From the NCBI RefSeq assembly GCF_964213995.1, contig NC_135830.1:14756001-14820000 (forward strand): a stretch of 64,000 nt of DNA, written 5' to 3'. This DNA comes from Mustelus asterias (lineage: Eukaryota). A program made the translations under genes and the position numbers. Positions 26,306 to 39,859 of this stretch are shown piece after piece. Every line of letters starts with the position of its first letter. Within the stretch, counting starts at the first letter, position 1. The notes beneath the pieces were generated by a model that saw only the letters and a program-made list of their open reading frames with translations, was not told the DNA's origin and did no database searches.

Positions 26306-29300
26306 TCGATTTTTTTATGAGGCCATGCCCCTATTTAAGTTCATAGTTATGACTGCACCGAACCATGTATCAGGTCATATGGCAAGAGGCCGTGTCTGAA
26401 TTCTTGATGCATTGGAACATTTATGAAGTGCAGTAAACTGTAACAACATCCTTCTTGTATGACATGTGGTTTGGTTACAGTCAGTGTTCTAATAGGTCAT
26501 GAGATGCTAATAAACTTGATCCTGCTTTAGTCAATTCTGCGACAGTCTATGTATTTGGCCATTCAGTCTGTGCACCGTCTCTGTTATTTTTGTATTATGT
26601 GATCCACCTAACTCTTGCATTGTCCATGTCTCAGTGTGTACAAGAGCGTATATGGAATGAGCTGCCAGAGGAAATGGTAAAGTCGGGTACAGTTACAAAC
26701 ATTTTTTAAAATTGGACAGGTACATGGATAAGAAAGGTTTAGAGGGATGTGGACCAAATGCCGACAAATGGGACGTGTTGAGTTTAGGAAACCTAATCGG
26801 CATGGAGGAGTTGCGCTGAAAGTTCGGCTTCCGTGCTGTATATCTCTATGAATTTAAGACTCGAGGGATAACCTGCTTTGTACTCTTCCTTCAGAGATTC
26901 CCAACGCAGGTTGACATTGGTTTTAGGTACAGTGTAAATCTTCCTCTGCGCTGTCCAGTCAAACAAACCCAGATCATTTACAGCACAGTTTAGATCCGGA
27001 GGCAATCGCCCTCTACACAGTAAATAGCAAACCCTCGCAGGACAGCTTAGAGTCAGCTATACTTCCTATGTTCTGTTCATTCAAACATAGAAATGGCTGG
27101 CACAGCCCGGGTCAGATACAGGAAATGATCAACACACATTTTAAAGCATAGCTTCCTCTACGGATTCAATTGATTGAACAGAATTCATTTACTTAGAAGC
27201 GCATGAATAAGGTTAAGGTGATACATTGGCTAAAAGTTAACTTCATATTCTGGGGTGAAGACAATGACGCAGTGTGAAGAGACAATGCACAAAACCAGAC
27301 AGGAGGAAGACACAGAGAAACAGATAAAACACAGGAAACCTCGACAAACATATTTGTCGTGTAATTATACTTCGAAATTAGCGGGAATTTTTCCTAATTC
27401 TGAACGTAGATATGATCATAGCTTATTTTTCACATATAACTGGCGAAGAAAAAATGTCTCAAAAAATAAAAACTACAGGAATACGTTGATTGATTTGTTT
27501 GTTTACCTCTATTTCTGTGCTGTGCAAATGGCGAAATATTTGTTTTTTTTTTCAGTCAACAATCTAATCTGGGATTTCTATTTCTTTATTTATTTACATA
27601 AACACCTCACTGGTTACAGTGAAATGTTCATGGTAGCAAAACCAGATAAACCGCCACCTATTGATTAGCTTCAACTCACAATAGCGATTTATTTTAAGAA
27701 TATTCACAGGTGGTTCAAAATGATTAGAAGCTTCTTGAACACCAATTAGACCAGATGCTATTTAATTAAAAATAAAAGATACATTCAATTTAAGAATCAG
27801 TTCAAAAAGTCCTGATAATAAATGAAGCATCTGTGAACAGGCTTGTGGGTTCCATTGAAAGTCAATTTGATTGGCGATTTAATCTACTTGAACTACACAA
27901 GTTAAAGCATCAGCCAGAGGAGTGACCTTGATTCACATTAATTTCAGAGGTTTCAACATATCAAAAATTAACACTTAAAATGTTGACATGTGAAAAGAAC
28001 TTCCATTTTAAAAATGCTTTACCCGACCTCATTTCGCCCTAAAGCATTTAAAACTCACTGATATACTTTTGCTGAATGTAGTCACAGTCGTGATGTTGGA
28101 AATACAGCAGGTAATTTGTGCACAACAAGCTCCCACACACCTTGATGAGATAAATGTCCAAAGAAATTGTGATTTTTGTTGAAGAATGCATTTTGGCCGA
28201 GGATATTTTCATTCTGAGATTCATTTTAACAACTTCCATGCAGCTTATAATTGATAGAACAGACTGTTTGATTTACCAAATAAAGCAATGCAATTTACAT
28301 AAAATTTAAAGTGGCAATAAAAATTGATTGTAAGGGATTTCTTCTATTAATTGTTCACAAGGTTTCCACTTGGCCATTTTATATGCCAAATAAAGTTAAT
28401 TCTCAGCCGATGAAATCCCTTCCTCTATCTGCCCTCAGTTGATTTTGTCTTCTGGTTTTTGAGCATCATGCTCCGATTTCATCAAGTAAAACCGTTCATT
28501 GACGGTCTGACAGTGTACTTTCTACAGGCTCTATCCTGAGGGACGGATTGCAGGAGAGCAAGAATTCTGGAGTTCAAAATTCTACACGTCTCTTTCGGAT
28601 TCTGGGCCACTGCAAGATCCAACAACCCAGTCATTTTCTTCAGTATTCCCCTCGGTGCGTAGTGTTCTGCTCTTTAGAATTACATCAATGAGATTTTGCA
28701 TTCTATCATCGACCTGAAATGTGAATCTGTTTCTCTTTCAGCTGATTCCCACTGACCTGCTCAGTATCCATTTTGTTGTTTTTGTTTTATATTCCAGGAA
28801 TCTGCAGTATTTTGCTCTGTTTTATTTATTCTCGGGATGTCAGCATCACTGAAAAATTCACCATTAATTGCCCACCCTGAGAAGGTGGCTGTGAACCACC
28901 TATTGAAAACCTGCCCTGTCATCGGTTTTATTCTTGTCTGAATTTCTGCAGCAGTTTTGAAAGAATAGAATGGTTTCTTCGGTAGTTAAGAGACAACGAC
29001 GTCATGTGGAACTGGAGTCATATGTAGGACAGGCAGGGTGAATAGGGATATAGGAACATGGAAAGAAAGGAGCAGGACTAGGCCACTCCACCCTTCGAGC
29101 CTCCTCCGTCATTCAACATGATCATGGTTGGTCATTTATCTCTAAGGCCACATTGCTGCTTTCTGTTCACGCACATTGTTATCATTAAAATCTAAACAAA
29201 AATCTAGATCTTTCTTGAATATATTCATTGACTTGGAAGGATGCTGATGCATTTGAAAGTGTGCAGAAAAGAGTTACTAGGATGCTGCCTGGTTTGGAGG

Positions 29301-29539
29301 ATATGGACTATGAAGAAAAGTTGAACAAACTTGGATTGTTTTCATTGGAGCGTCTAAGGATGGAAGGAGGGGGGTGGGATAGGGGTGGGTGGGGAACAGA
29401 TAGATGTGTACAAGATTACGAAAGGCTTGGATAGAATGGATCGTCAGAGTCTTTTTTCCCGGGGTCGAAGAGTCAATTGCTCGGGGACATAAGGTGAGAG
29501 TGAGTTTAACAAAAATGAAAGGGGCAAATTTTTCACATG

Positions 29540-31362
29540 GAGATGTTCTTGGCAGGCAGGATTAAGGAGAATCCTAAGGCATTCTATTCATACGTTCGGA
29601 ACAAAATAGTTGTCAGGGAGAAAATCGGACCTCTCAGGGACAAAGGAGGGGAATTATGCTTAGAACCCAAGGGAATAGGGGAGATCCTAAATGAACACTT
29701 TGCATCGGTATTCACGAAGGAGACGGGCGAGTTAACCGGGAGTGTCTCGGAGGGAGGTGTTGACCCGTTAGAGAAAATCTCCATTACAAGAGAGAAAGTG
29801 TCACGTTTTTTAGGGAACATTAAAATTGACAAAGCCCCAGGGCCTGATGGCATCTATCCTCGACTGCTCAGGGAGACGAGAGATGAAATTGCTGGGCCTC
29901 TGACGGAAATCTTTGTCGCTTCTTTGGACATGGGTGAGGTCCCTGAGGATTGGAGGATAGCGAATGTGGTCCCGTTGTTTAAGAAGGGTAGCAGGGATAA
30001 CCAAGGAAATTATAGGCCGGTGAGCTTGACGTCCGGGGTAGGGAAGTTGTTGGAGAGGATTCTTAGAGACAGGATGTATGTGCATTTAGAACGGAACAAT
30101 CTCATTAGTGACAGACAGCATGGTTTTGTAAGAGGGAGGTCGTGCCTTACAAATTTGGTGGAGTTTATTGAGGAAGTGACAAAAACGGTTGATGAAGGAA
30201 GGGCCGTGGATGTCGTCTATATGGATTTCAGTAAGGCATTTGACAAAGTCCCACATGGCAGGTTGGTTAAGAAGGTTAAGGCTCATGGGATACAAGGAGA
30301 AGTGGCTAGATGGGTGGAGAACTGGCTTGGCCATAGGAGACAGAGGGTAGCGGTCGAAGGGTCTTTTTCCGGCTGGAGGTCTGTGACCAGTGGTGTTCTG
30401 CAGGGCTCTGTACTGGGAACGCTGCTATTTGTGATACATATAAATGATTTGGAAGAAGGTGTAACTGGTGTAATCAGCAAGTTTGCGGATGACACGAAGA
30501 GCATTGTCGGGCAATACAGCAGGATGTAGATAGGCTGGAAAATTGGGCGGAGAGGTGGCAGATGGAATTTAATCCGGATAAATGCGAAGTGATGCATTTT
30601 GGAAGAAATAATGTAGGGAGGAGTTATACAATAAATGGCAGAGTCATCAGGAGTATAGAAACACAGAGGGATCTAGGTGTGCAAGTCCACAAATCCTTGA
30701 AGGTGGCAACACAGGTGGAGAAGGTGGTGAAGAAGGCATATGGTATGCTTGCCTTTATAGGACGGGGTATAGAGTATAAAAGCTGGAGTCTGATGATGCA
30801 GCTGTATGGAACGCTGGTTAGGCCACATTTGGAGTACTGCGTCCAGTTCTGGTCGCCGCACTACCAGAAGGACGTGGAGGCGTTAGAGAGTGCAGAGAAT
30901 GTTTACCAGGATGTTGCCTGGTATGGAGGGTCTTAGCTATGAGGAGAGATTGGGTCGACTGGGGTTGTTCTCCTTGGAAAGACGGAGAATGAGGGGAGAT
31001 CTAATAGAGGTGTACAAGATTATGAAGGGTATAGATAGGGTGAACAGTGGGAAGCCTTTTCCCAGGTCGGAGGTGACGATCACGAGGGGTCACGGGCTCA
31101 AGGTGAGAGGGGCGAAGTATAACTCAGATATCAGAGGGACGTTTTTTACACAGAGGGTGTTGGGGGCCTGGAATGCGCTGCCAAGTAGGGTGGTGGAGGC
31201 AGGCACGCTGACATCGTTTAAGACTTACTTGGATAGTCACATGAGCAGCCTGGGAATGGAGGGATACAAACGATTGGTCTAGTTGGACCAAGGAGCGGCA
31301 CAGGCTTGGAGGGCCGAAGGGCCTGTTTCCTGTGCTGTACTGTTCTTTGTTCTTTTGTTCTT
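29540..31362 (+). mobile_element. CR1 LINE, 5'-truncated, RT domain with internal deletion and frameshift
   Basis: ORFs 29537..30529 (PGPDG, YRPVSL, QHGF, DFSKAFD, KFADD), 30562..30936, 30890..31282; (TTCTTTG)n tail; inserted among older CR1 pieces 29050-29535 and 31365-31590. Confidence 0.95.
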
Positions 31363-34300
31363 TTGTATGGAGGATGGTGAATGCTTGGAACTGTCTGCAG
31401 GAGGAGGCGGTGGAATCAGAATCGAGAACAAAAGTTGAAGAGGTACCTACAGAGATACATGAATAAACAGGGAATAGAGGGATATAGACCACCGAGAGGC
31501 AAGAAAATATTAGATTCGGAAGACATTTGAGTCGGCTCAAACTTAGTGGGGTGAAGGGCCTGTTCCTGTCCGTATTGTGCTTTGTTCTTTTGCATCCACA
31601 CCATACTGCTCTGGAGCATTCCACAAGTTCGCTACCCTCTCATATGAAGAAACATTTCTCACAATAAACATCTCACACTTAAAATTTTGTATTACAGAAT
31701 AACACATTGTGGGAAAAAAAACATTACTTTAATTTTCCGATTTTCTCCCACTCATAATCGTCAGTCCATCTCTCGTTCAATTATCATTTCTTTTGCACAT
31801 TGAAATGGGAATGGAAGTGAATGTCATGCTGAGACCGGCAGCATTATGTGCGGTTGTTCTGGATGCTGTCAGAGTGAGTTCACTCTCACAGGCAAGAAGT
31901 CTGTTCACGGCGATAACATTAAACTGACCCCGGTTCTTTCATTCCGAGGTGACACATCTTCCTGTTCCTCTGTTGCAAACCGTATATCGCACTTCTGAAC
32001 AAAAAATAAATCCATGGACCACAATCTGGTGAGAACATCTGTCAAGGCGGCCTACATCTGTCTGCAGTCACGGCAGTGTCACATAGGTCACATTGGGGTA
32101 ACATTTACAAATTAGCCTGTTGTGATCTGTTTAGAGCTTCCATTCCAGGACATAACTGCAAGGTCAGTGGATCAGTCACTGAGCTCCCTTCGTTCTCTGA
32201 GGCGAGAAATGAGATCTTGCTAACTTGCACATTTTTCTATCATTTCTCTCTCTCTGTTACATTCTCTTTTATGATTCTCAGCTTTTAACTGTCAGCACCC
32301 TGTCTCTATTTCTCGTTTTAATTCTCCTATCTCTCCTGGTATCTCTCTTCATCTCCCTGTCAGTCTATGTAATTAAAGTTTTCAAAATCATTAAGGTGTG
32401 AGTGGCAGGAGTGTCGCTAACCAGTGTGCACAGATTATTAGACAGATGACGTTCGAAGAATAATTGTTTCCTTTTACACAACGAGTTGACATGAACTGGA
32501 ATGAACAGCCTGAAAGGGTGATGGAATCAGATTTGACAGTAACTTTGTAAATTGAATTAGATAAACACTTGATGATGTTTAAATTTGACGTCTTGTCGAG
32601 AATAGGATGATCTGGATGGTTCGTTTATATCATTGTCCAAGCATCATTTCTGTACCAAACGTCAAAAGAGTGATAAAGTCCCAGGAAGGCGTCCATCGTT
32701 GGAAGGAGAAATGTCAAGAGTTCCTCTCTTCTTCAGCTCGCTCACCCATTCTGAGTCGAAGAAAATAACAGATAAAACAAACAGAAAGAAATTGAATATA
32801 AAGTATCATCGCGAACATTGGCGTTTGTTATGTGGTCAATACTCTGAACTCAGACTTGAACCCAAAACATTCCGAGGGGTCTGTGTGTCTGCAGTTAGTC
32901 AGTGTCGATCTGGTCTGTTCCCAGTTCCTCTTGCACAATTACAAATGTAACCTGCCACACACGCTGAAAATCTGAAAACTAAATGTAACGTGCTGAGAAA
33001 GACTCAACACGTCACACAGCAGAAGGAAAATGCGTTTGTTTTTCACATATTCATATCCTTTGCACCCTTACACTATGGGCTTTGGAGAGTGATTCATCAT
33101 CAGCATTTAGTTTGAAACGTTAACTATTTCTCTCCTCAGATCCTGTCTGAGACGCAGAGCATTTCCAGAAGTTTGTGTTGTATCTGTCCTGACAGTAGAC
33201 CCTGTCAGTATGATTGCACTAACCCTATCCCGACCATATTGCAATGGCAATTGACTCTGTTATTAAGAATCAAACAAAGCATTTGTTAGCATATCAATAG
33301 GCGCTGTCTCTCACTCACGATTATTTCAAACAGAACTTTGACTGGGTGCAGCAGAAACTGACTGAGTCATCATCAGAATCGACCCAGTTATGTGTTCAGT
33401 AAAATACTGCAGATTGCTTCTGTTAAAATTACACCAAGCACTGCATTTCTTAAACTGAATTAAGTATTGATTTGCTAATTGTATTGCGTGTTATATATTA
33501 AGATTGATTGTAATCGTTGCAATAATAGCGCCCGTCAGCCACATTCTAATGCTTTAATTCTCCATGGTTATTCTTGGAAACCATTACTCATTCAGTTCAG
33601 AATTAAGAAAGACTTTCTCTAATATTGTTACATTTGACACCTCCCAGTTAATATTGTACAAAGTGATCACACAACTAACTGTTTATTCTAATGTTATTTC
33701 AGGTCCTGTCCCTCTCATTGCTATCTGGCCCATATTTTGATTCATATTACTCTCACAGCCGGTTTATGTTTTCTTTGTATCATCAGCGCATCAGCCTAGA
33801 TTTGGCCAGATTCTGTTCCTGTCATGGTTGCTGTATGTTTAACCATTGGTGGGATGGTGTGCTTAGGTCCCTAATTGCCCTTGAGAAAGTGTTGATAAGC
33901 TGCCTTCTTGAACAGGTGTAGTGCATGTTCATCAACCAATATCCCTATTTAATACATAATGCCTGGTCTCTGCTTATGATACACATGTCTCTGACTCATA
34001 TTACATTAGATTTTCTAGCTCATACAACTTGCAGAAAGTCCAGTCAAAAAAACTTAGGGCGATTACCATGGAATTGGTGAAGATAACGGCTAAAACCTAT
34101 AGAAAGAGAAATATTGAACATTCTTTGAAGAACAGCAGATTCAATCCTTTACATTACTTGGATTATGAAGTCTGAGACTTAAAGGTGTGTTCATCTCCTG
34201 TCAGGTATAGGGACAGGTTAATGTTTGCCATAATTTGCACAAATCAACACACCTTCGAGGTTTATATCAGGGACTTGTGTGAGATGCAGAGATGATCATT

Positions 34301-34489
34301 TTCCAGTAATATACTTATCATTCGTGATGTGTTTTAATCCATTTTCCAACTGACCTCTGACTTTATGCGGCACTTAATGAACAAGAATACATAACAGAAC
34401 TATTACCAGCCAATAATTAAGGCATCACATAAACTTCAATTCAAATACATGAGCTGTTTAGGAGTTTCATACATTCACGGAAGCCAGAG

Positions 34490-35300
34490 ATAGAAACATA
34501 GAAAAACTACAGCACAAACAGGCCCTTCGGCCCACAAGTTGTGCCGAACACATCCCTACCTTCTAGACCTACCTATAACCCTCCATCCTATTAAGTTCCA
34601 TGTACTCATCCAGGAGTCTCTTAAAATACCTTATTGAGTTCGCCTCCACCGCCCCTGACGGCAGTCGATTCCACTCGCCCACCACCCTCTGTGTGAAACA
34701 TTTACCCCTAACATCTCCCCTGTACCTACCCCCCAGCACCCTAAACCTGTGTCCTCTCGTAGCAGACATTTCCACCCTGGGAAAAAGCCTCTGAGAGTCC
34801 ACCCGATCTATGCCTCTCAACATCTTATACACCTCTATTAGGTCTCCTCTCATCCTTCGTCTCTCCAAGGAGAAAATACCGAGTTCCCTCAGCCTATCCT
34901 CATAATGCATGCCACTCAATCCAGGCAACATCCTTGTAAATCTCCTCTGCACCCTTTCAATCTTTTCCACATCCTTCCTATAGTGAGGCGACCAGAACTG
35001 AGCACAGTACTCCAAGTGGGGTCTGACGAGGGTCTTATATAGCTGAATCATTATCCCCGGACTCCTCAAATCAATCCCTCGATTGATAAAGGCCAGCACA
35101 CCATACGCCTTCTTAACCACCTCCCCCACCTGCGGGGCCGATTTCAGAGTCCTATGGACCCGGACCCCAAGGTCCTTCTGATCCTCTACCGTACTCAGAG
35201 TCTTTCCCTTTATATTGTACTCCTTCATCCCATTTGTCCTACCAAAATGGACCACGACGCATTTATCTGGGTCGAAGTCCATCTGCCACTTCTCCGCCCA
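34490..35300 (-). mobile_element. CR1 3' fragment with open ORF2 C-terminus
   Basis: ORF 34569..35282 (237 aa). Confidence 0.95.
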
Positions 35301-35439
35301 GATGTATGAAGTTTATCATTGGGACAACTGAAAGGAAAATGTGAAAAGAAAAGTGAATTTTTTCCATAGAGGGTTCTGAGAAAATAGAACATTTAAAATA
35401 AATTAACAGTCAAATATTTAAGACAAGAACTGATGTGAT

Positions 35440-36200
35440 ACTTGATAGACATGATCTATTTTAATATAAACTGGGACAGGCTTTTCTGCAGTAACACAGA
35501 GACAAGGCCGAGTGCACCAATTATTGTGCAGCAACGATACTAATATGGACAGGGACAGGGTCCAGTTTAGTACTTACTGAGAGTGGATCTAGGGTATTAA
35601 TAATGAGCGTGGTCTTCTGTAACAGAAATAGAGAGATGTTGCAAGCAGATGTGAAAACGCAAGATCGATTCTAATATACATAAAGACAGATTCTACAGTA
35701 ATATAAACTGAGTCAGGTTCTGGTGTAACGTAGACTAAAATAGGCATGACCGGAACATAAACAGAGACATGATATAATGTGATATGAATTGAGATGTCGC
35801 CCAGTGGAATGACGAGTGAGGCAATGATGAGTACAGTAATAATTGAGACACTATTTTTAGAAAGTGAAGAGGGGTCTGGTCTAACGTAATAATAATGGAG
35901 AGGAGATCCAGCGTAATTAAACTGACACAGGGCCTAGTGTAATTTTATCTGATTCCAGACATTCTGTCATAGAAACTGAGACAAAGCCTGGCGCAGTAAT
36001 TGTAGACCAAGCCCTTAGATGAATATCAGCTGTGACAGGGACAGGTGCAGCAATAAAATAAACATGGCATAACACAATAATAACACAGATAGGATGTGTT
36101 TTGTTATAAACGGCGAGATGGACTGGTGCAGCGATGCATAGGCACAATGCTCATGTTTTTAACAGGAAGTATGTACAGGGATCGGAAAACATACCTTTCA
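35440..36200 (+). repeat. Degenerate 27-bp minisatellite
   Basis: At least six consecutive 27-nt units from ~35671 (ctaatatacataaagacagattctaca, gtaatataaactgagtcaggttctggt, ...). Confidence 0.7.
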
Positions 36201-36818
36201 AGTTATCACCAATTTACACTTGTATATTGCTCAGATCTACCTTGCAGCCACATTCATTTTACTGCTGCATTGTTTTGATTCAATGTTTATTTCTCTATTC
36301 TTTGATTGAAGTGTTTTTAGGCATACATTTCTTCCCATCTGTTCTCTCTTTTGTTCGCTCCCTCAACATCAACTTCATTACTCCCTTTGTCAGCCGGAGA
36401 TATCCCCTACCGCCCCGCCCCCTTTTCTATCGTCCCTTTCCCTGGTTAAATCTCGCCGTCCATGAGGTGGTGTCGGGCAGCTCTGAAGCCTTTTTAAGTC
36501 TGAGCAACCTTTACTTGGTGAAGCTGATCTTCCCAGCCAAGCCTGAATTGAAGCAAATAACAATTGGAAACGAAACATAAACTCTTTAACTGTTAGCTAC
36601 TCTCTCTCACTTTCGCCGATCAACCTTTCAGTCTGATGGGATTCTGCTGTGTGTTGTCTCAGCCGATCCTGGATTCAGTTGGGTGACAGTTTGATTCGAG
36701 GTTAATGAGGTTTCCTCTGGGTGTCTGTTGGAGCGCCGCTGCTCAATCTGGCTGTAACCTTCTGCGATTCTCTGCACAAACCTCAACAGATTGGAGCACC
36801 CAATGATAGCTGGAAAGC

Positions 36819-36857
36819 AGTTTTTGTACGGGGGTGAGACTGCTTTCTATCACTGTG
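36819..36857 (-). other. 23-bp-spacer recombination signal sequence of intact TCR V
   Basis: CACAGTG (36857-36851) + 23 nt + ACAAAAACT (36827-36819) directly after YYCAFR. Confidence 0.95.
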
Positions 36858-37164
36858 AGACGGAAAGCGCAGTAATAGCGGCCAGCGTCAGTCAGCTGTA
36901 GGCTCGAGATGGTTAAAGTGGTTAATTTAGCCGAGGTCTGGAGATCAGCAGAGAAATTGGGTCCAAAACCTTCCCCTCTGTCTTCTTCTGTATCCCAGGA
37001 CCTTTTCTGTATAATGAACTGCAAATCCTTTTGTGGCTGCTGTCTGTACCAAGATAAGACATAGCTGCTTGTTGTAGTGCTGTAGGTACATCGGATAGTC
37101 ACCGTTTCACCTTCTCTCCTCTCTAAAGACTGCGGCTGAGAAACAGAATCTCCTTCACTCGGAT
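36858..37164 (-). CDS. T-cell receptor alpha/delta-type V segment, V exon (intact)
   Basis: TTACAG acceptor; DPSEGDSVSQ...EGETVTIRC...WYRQ...LTISSLQLTDAGRYYCAFR with both Cys and the Trp, no stops; followed by 23-RSS. Confidence 0.93.
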
Positions 37165-37379
37165 CTGTAACATGGATTCAAGAAGAAAAAAAAACTATGT
37201 GTTGGATGTGCTGCTGAAATAATATTAACACTCTACAGTCCAGTCTACATAACTGGAGTTATGAATTAAAAACAAATAAAGGTGGAATTACTCAGCAGCG
37301 TCAGGAAGCATTATTGGAGAGAAGCAGTGTTAAAGTTTCAGATCGAGATAACATTTAACCAGATTGGAGTCATCCTTAC

Positions 37380-37425
37380 CGACAAGAAACAGCCCGAACA
37401 CAATGCAGACGGTGAGGAACTCCAT
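37380..37425 (-). CDS. Leader exon of the intact TCR V
   Basis: GCCGCCATGG Kozak; MEFLTVCIVFGLFLV + G, phase-1 GTAAG donor, in frame with the V exon. Confidence 0.92.
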
Positions 37426-37493
37426 GGCGGCTGCAGAGCCCGGGGCTGTGGTTACCTTTAAAACTCCAAGCATTGCCGGAACAGAATCTATTT

Positions 37494-37535
37494 TTAACGT
37501 CACTTTCTGATTTCAATGTTCCCGTCCAATCAAAC
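37494..37535 (-). promoter_or_regulatory. TCR V promoter motifs (CRE-like decamer, CCAAT)
   Basis: AGTGACGTTA on minus strand ~70-80 bp upstream of ATG, resembling the TCR V AGTGAYRTCA decamer; CCAAT at ~37526. Confidence 0.45.
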
Positions 37536-37689
37536 AATCGGCAATCTACCCGTCATAGATTGATATAAGACTTAAATGAGTTTCAGTGATGGGCTTAAGC
37601 TCTTTGACCAACTGTATTAAATATCTGAGACTGGAGTCAGTCACTGAGTGAGTGCAATGTGTGGTGTGAGGGAAGAATCAACTTTGCTG

Positions 37690-38650
37690 ACAAGACCATA
37701 AGATATAGGAGCAGAGTTAGGGAATTCGGCCCATCGTGTCTATTCCACCATTCAATCATGGCCGATATGTTTCAATTCCCTGCAGAAACATAGAATCCCT
37801 ACAGTGCGGAAAGATGCCATTCGTCCCATCGAGGCTGAACCGACCAAAATCCTGAACCGAACACTCCAACGATATGCGGGTACGGTTGATTGGCCACGCT
37901 AAATTGCCCCCTAATGTCAGGGGGATTGGAGATAAATGTGTGGAGTTACGGGGATAGCACAGGACCTGGGTGGGATTGTTGTCGGTGCAGGCGTGATGGC
38001 CTCCTTCTGCACTGGAGGGATTCTACTCTTTTAATCCTCCCCCAGGCCCTATTCCCGTAACGCCACATATTTACCATGCTAACCCCCTGATACAAGGGTC
38101 AATTTGTCATGGCCAATCAACCTAGCCCGCATATCTTCGGACTGGGAGAGGAAACCGGAGCACCTGGAGGAATCCCACGCAGACACGGGGAGAATGTGCA
38201 GACTCCTCACAGACAGTCACCCGCGGCTGAAATCGAACCCGGGTCCCTAGCGCTGTGAGGCAGCAGTGACAACCATTGTGCCACAGTGCCGCCCCTGTGG
38301 GGTTTCTCAACCCCGTTCTCCCACCTCGTCGCCATAATCTTTGATCCCTGTACCAATCAGGAACCTATCTATCTCTGTCCTAAATAAATTCAATGACCTG
38401 GCCTCCGCAACCTTCCATGGCAAGGAATTCCACAGATTCAGCACCCATTGGCGGAAGAAATTCCTCCATATCTAGATTCTAACGGGCCGTCCTTTTACTC
38501 TGAGAGAGTGCGCTGGGATCCTAGTCTCTCCTATTAATGGACACATCTTCCACACACCCACTCTATCCAGGCCTTTCAGTATTCTGTAAATTTCAAAGTG
38601 ATCCCCCTTCATCCCTCTAATCTCCATCGAGTACAAACCCCAGAGTCCTC
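37690..38650. mobile_element. Triple nest: CR1 3' end (-) containing HE1 SINE (-) containing HE1 3' half (+)
   Basis: CR1 37690-37780 and 38305-38650; reverse SINE 37790-37852 and 38040-38295; forward SINE half ~37865-38025. Confidence 0.8.
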
Positions 38651-39151
38651 AGATGGCTGCAGTTTTATCTGATCGGTTTAAATCGTTCATGTTGAATTTT
38701 ATTTATTTTTATGTCGGTTTGTGACGTCTTCTCAAGAATATTAATCTCATTGCCATGTACGTGACCTGTTTACACTGAAGTCTTCTTTCTGAACCGTAGA
38801 TTTCATAGGATTGTTACTGTAAATAAAACAATGTGCGGATTGTACAACAGCGGATTTAGATGCAGATCCCCTGAGAGAAACACATGCAGCAACACAGAAA
38901 CATACATGCTGAGAAACGAAGATAAACGAATGGAAAGGCAGTGAGTGAATCAAAGGCCGAGACCGTGATAGAAGGAGAGAGATAAGTAGAAAGGAACAGG
39001 TGAGGAGGCAGAGAGATAAACACGAGGAAAGGAAATTACAAAAATGAGGCAGTGGCAGGGAGATAAATAGTGGGGCAGACATTCAGATAAATGAGGGAGA
39101 GACGGGGGCAGCAAGGGAAATAGATAATCATGCCGTGAAGCAACCGGGACA

Positions 39152-39460
39152 GAGCGGCACCGTGGCACAGTGGTTAGCACTGATGCGTCACAGCGGCAGC
39201 GAGCGGGGTTCAATTTGAACCTCGGATCACTGCCTATGTGGAGACTGCACGTTCTCCCCGTGTCTGCGTGGGTTTCCTCCGGGTGCTCCGGTTTCCACCC
39301 AAAGTCTAAAAGACGTGCTGGTTAGGTGCATTGGCCATGCTAAATTCTCCCTCAGTGTACCCGAACAGGCGACCGAATGTGGAGACTAGGAGATTTTCAC
39401 AGTAACTTAATTGCATTGTACATGTAAGCACACTTGTGACAGTAAGTAACTAAACTATAC
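39152..39460 (+). mobile_element. HE1-related SINE with alternative 3' tail
   Basis: Same head and centre as HE1 but TTTTCACAGTAACTT...TGTAAGC...CTTGTGAC tail; related copies 39860-40150, 44510-44775, 48090-48270 (all -). Confidence 0.85.
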
Positions 39461-39760
39461 ACTAGAAGGGAACAGTTGCAGATCTGTCGAGATAATACAG
39501 AGGGAGGCACAAAGAGAGGCAAACGGACAGACGGCAAGAGAAACAGAGAGACAGATAGAAACAAATGGGTACAATTTGAAAATCAATGGTCTAAATCCAG
39601 TCAGGAATTCCAGAAAAGAAAAGAAAAATAACTTAATTTAGAGCGTGATACCAGCAGGGAGATTTCCGAGAACCTGTCGGCACCCTAAGAACCCAACCAG
39701 TCACAATCACATTGTGATCCTTCGCTTACTCTCTGCAGTAAACAAACAAAGGCGGCGAGG

Positions 39761-39779
39761 CAGCTCCATCTGGCGGCGA
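39761..39779 (-). promoter_or_regulatory. CTCF-like motif
   Basis: TCGCCGCCAGATGGAGCTG, close to the CCASCAGRKGGCRS core, between two divergent V promoters. Confidence 0.5.
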
Positions 39780-39859
39780 TCTGAGGTAAAGTGTTATTTG
39801 CTGAAAAACCACCAAAATATCAGATTACGGACGGACGGTACTGCATTAGTTTTAACTTC

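Larger units (their letters stand above)
20190..29050. repeat. Segmental duplication, unit B
   Basis: Collinear with 10320-18180, with independent LINE/SINE insertions. Confidence 0.85.

Noticed and set aside
27255-27668. 137-aa ORF containing LYFCAV, like a TCR V end
   Set aside because: No first Cys/Trp framework, no RSS, AT-rich intron-like composition, not open in the paralogous copy
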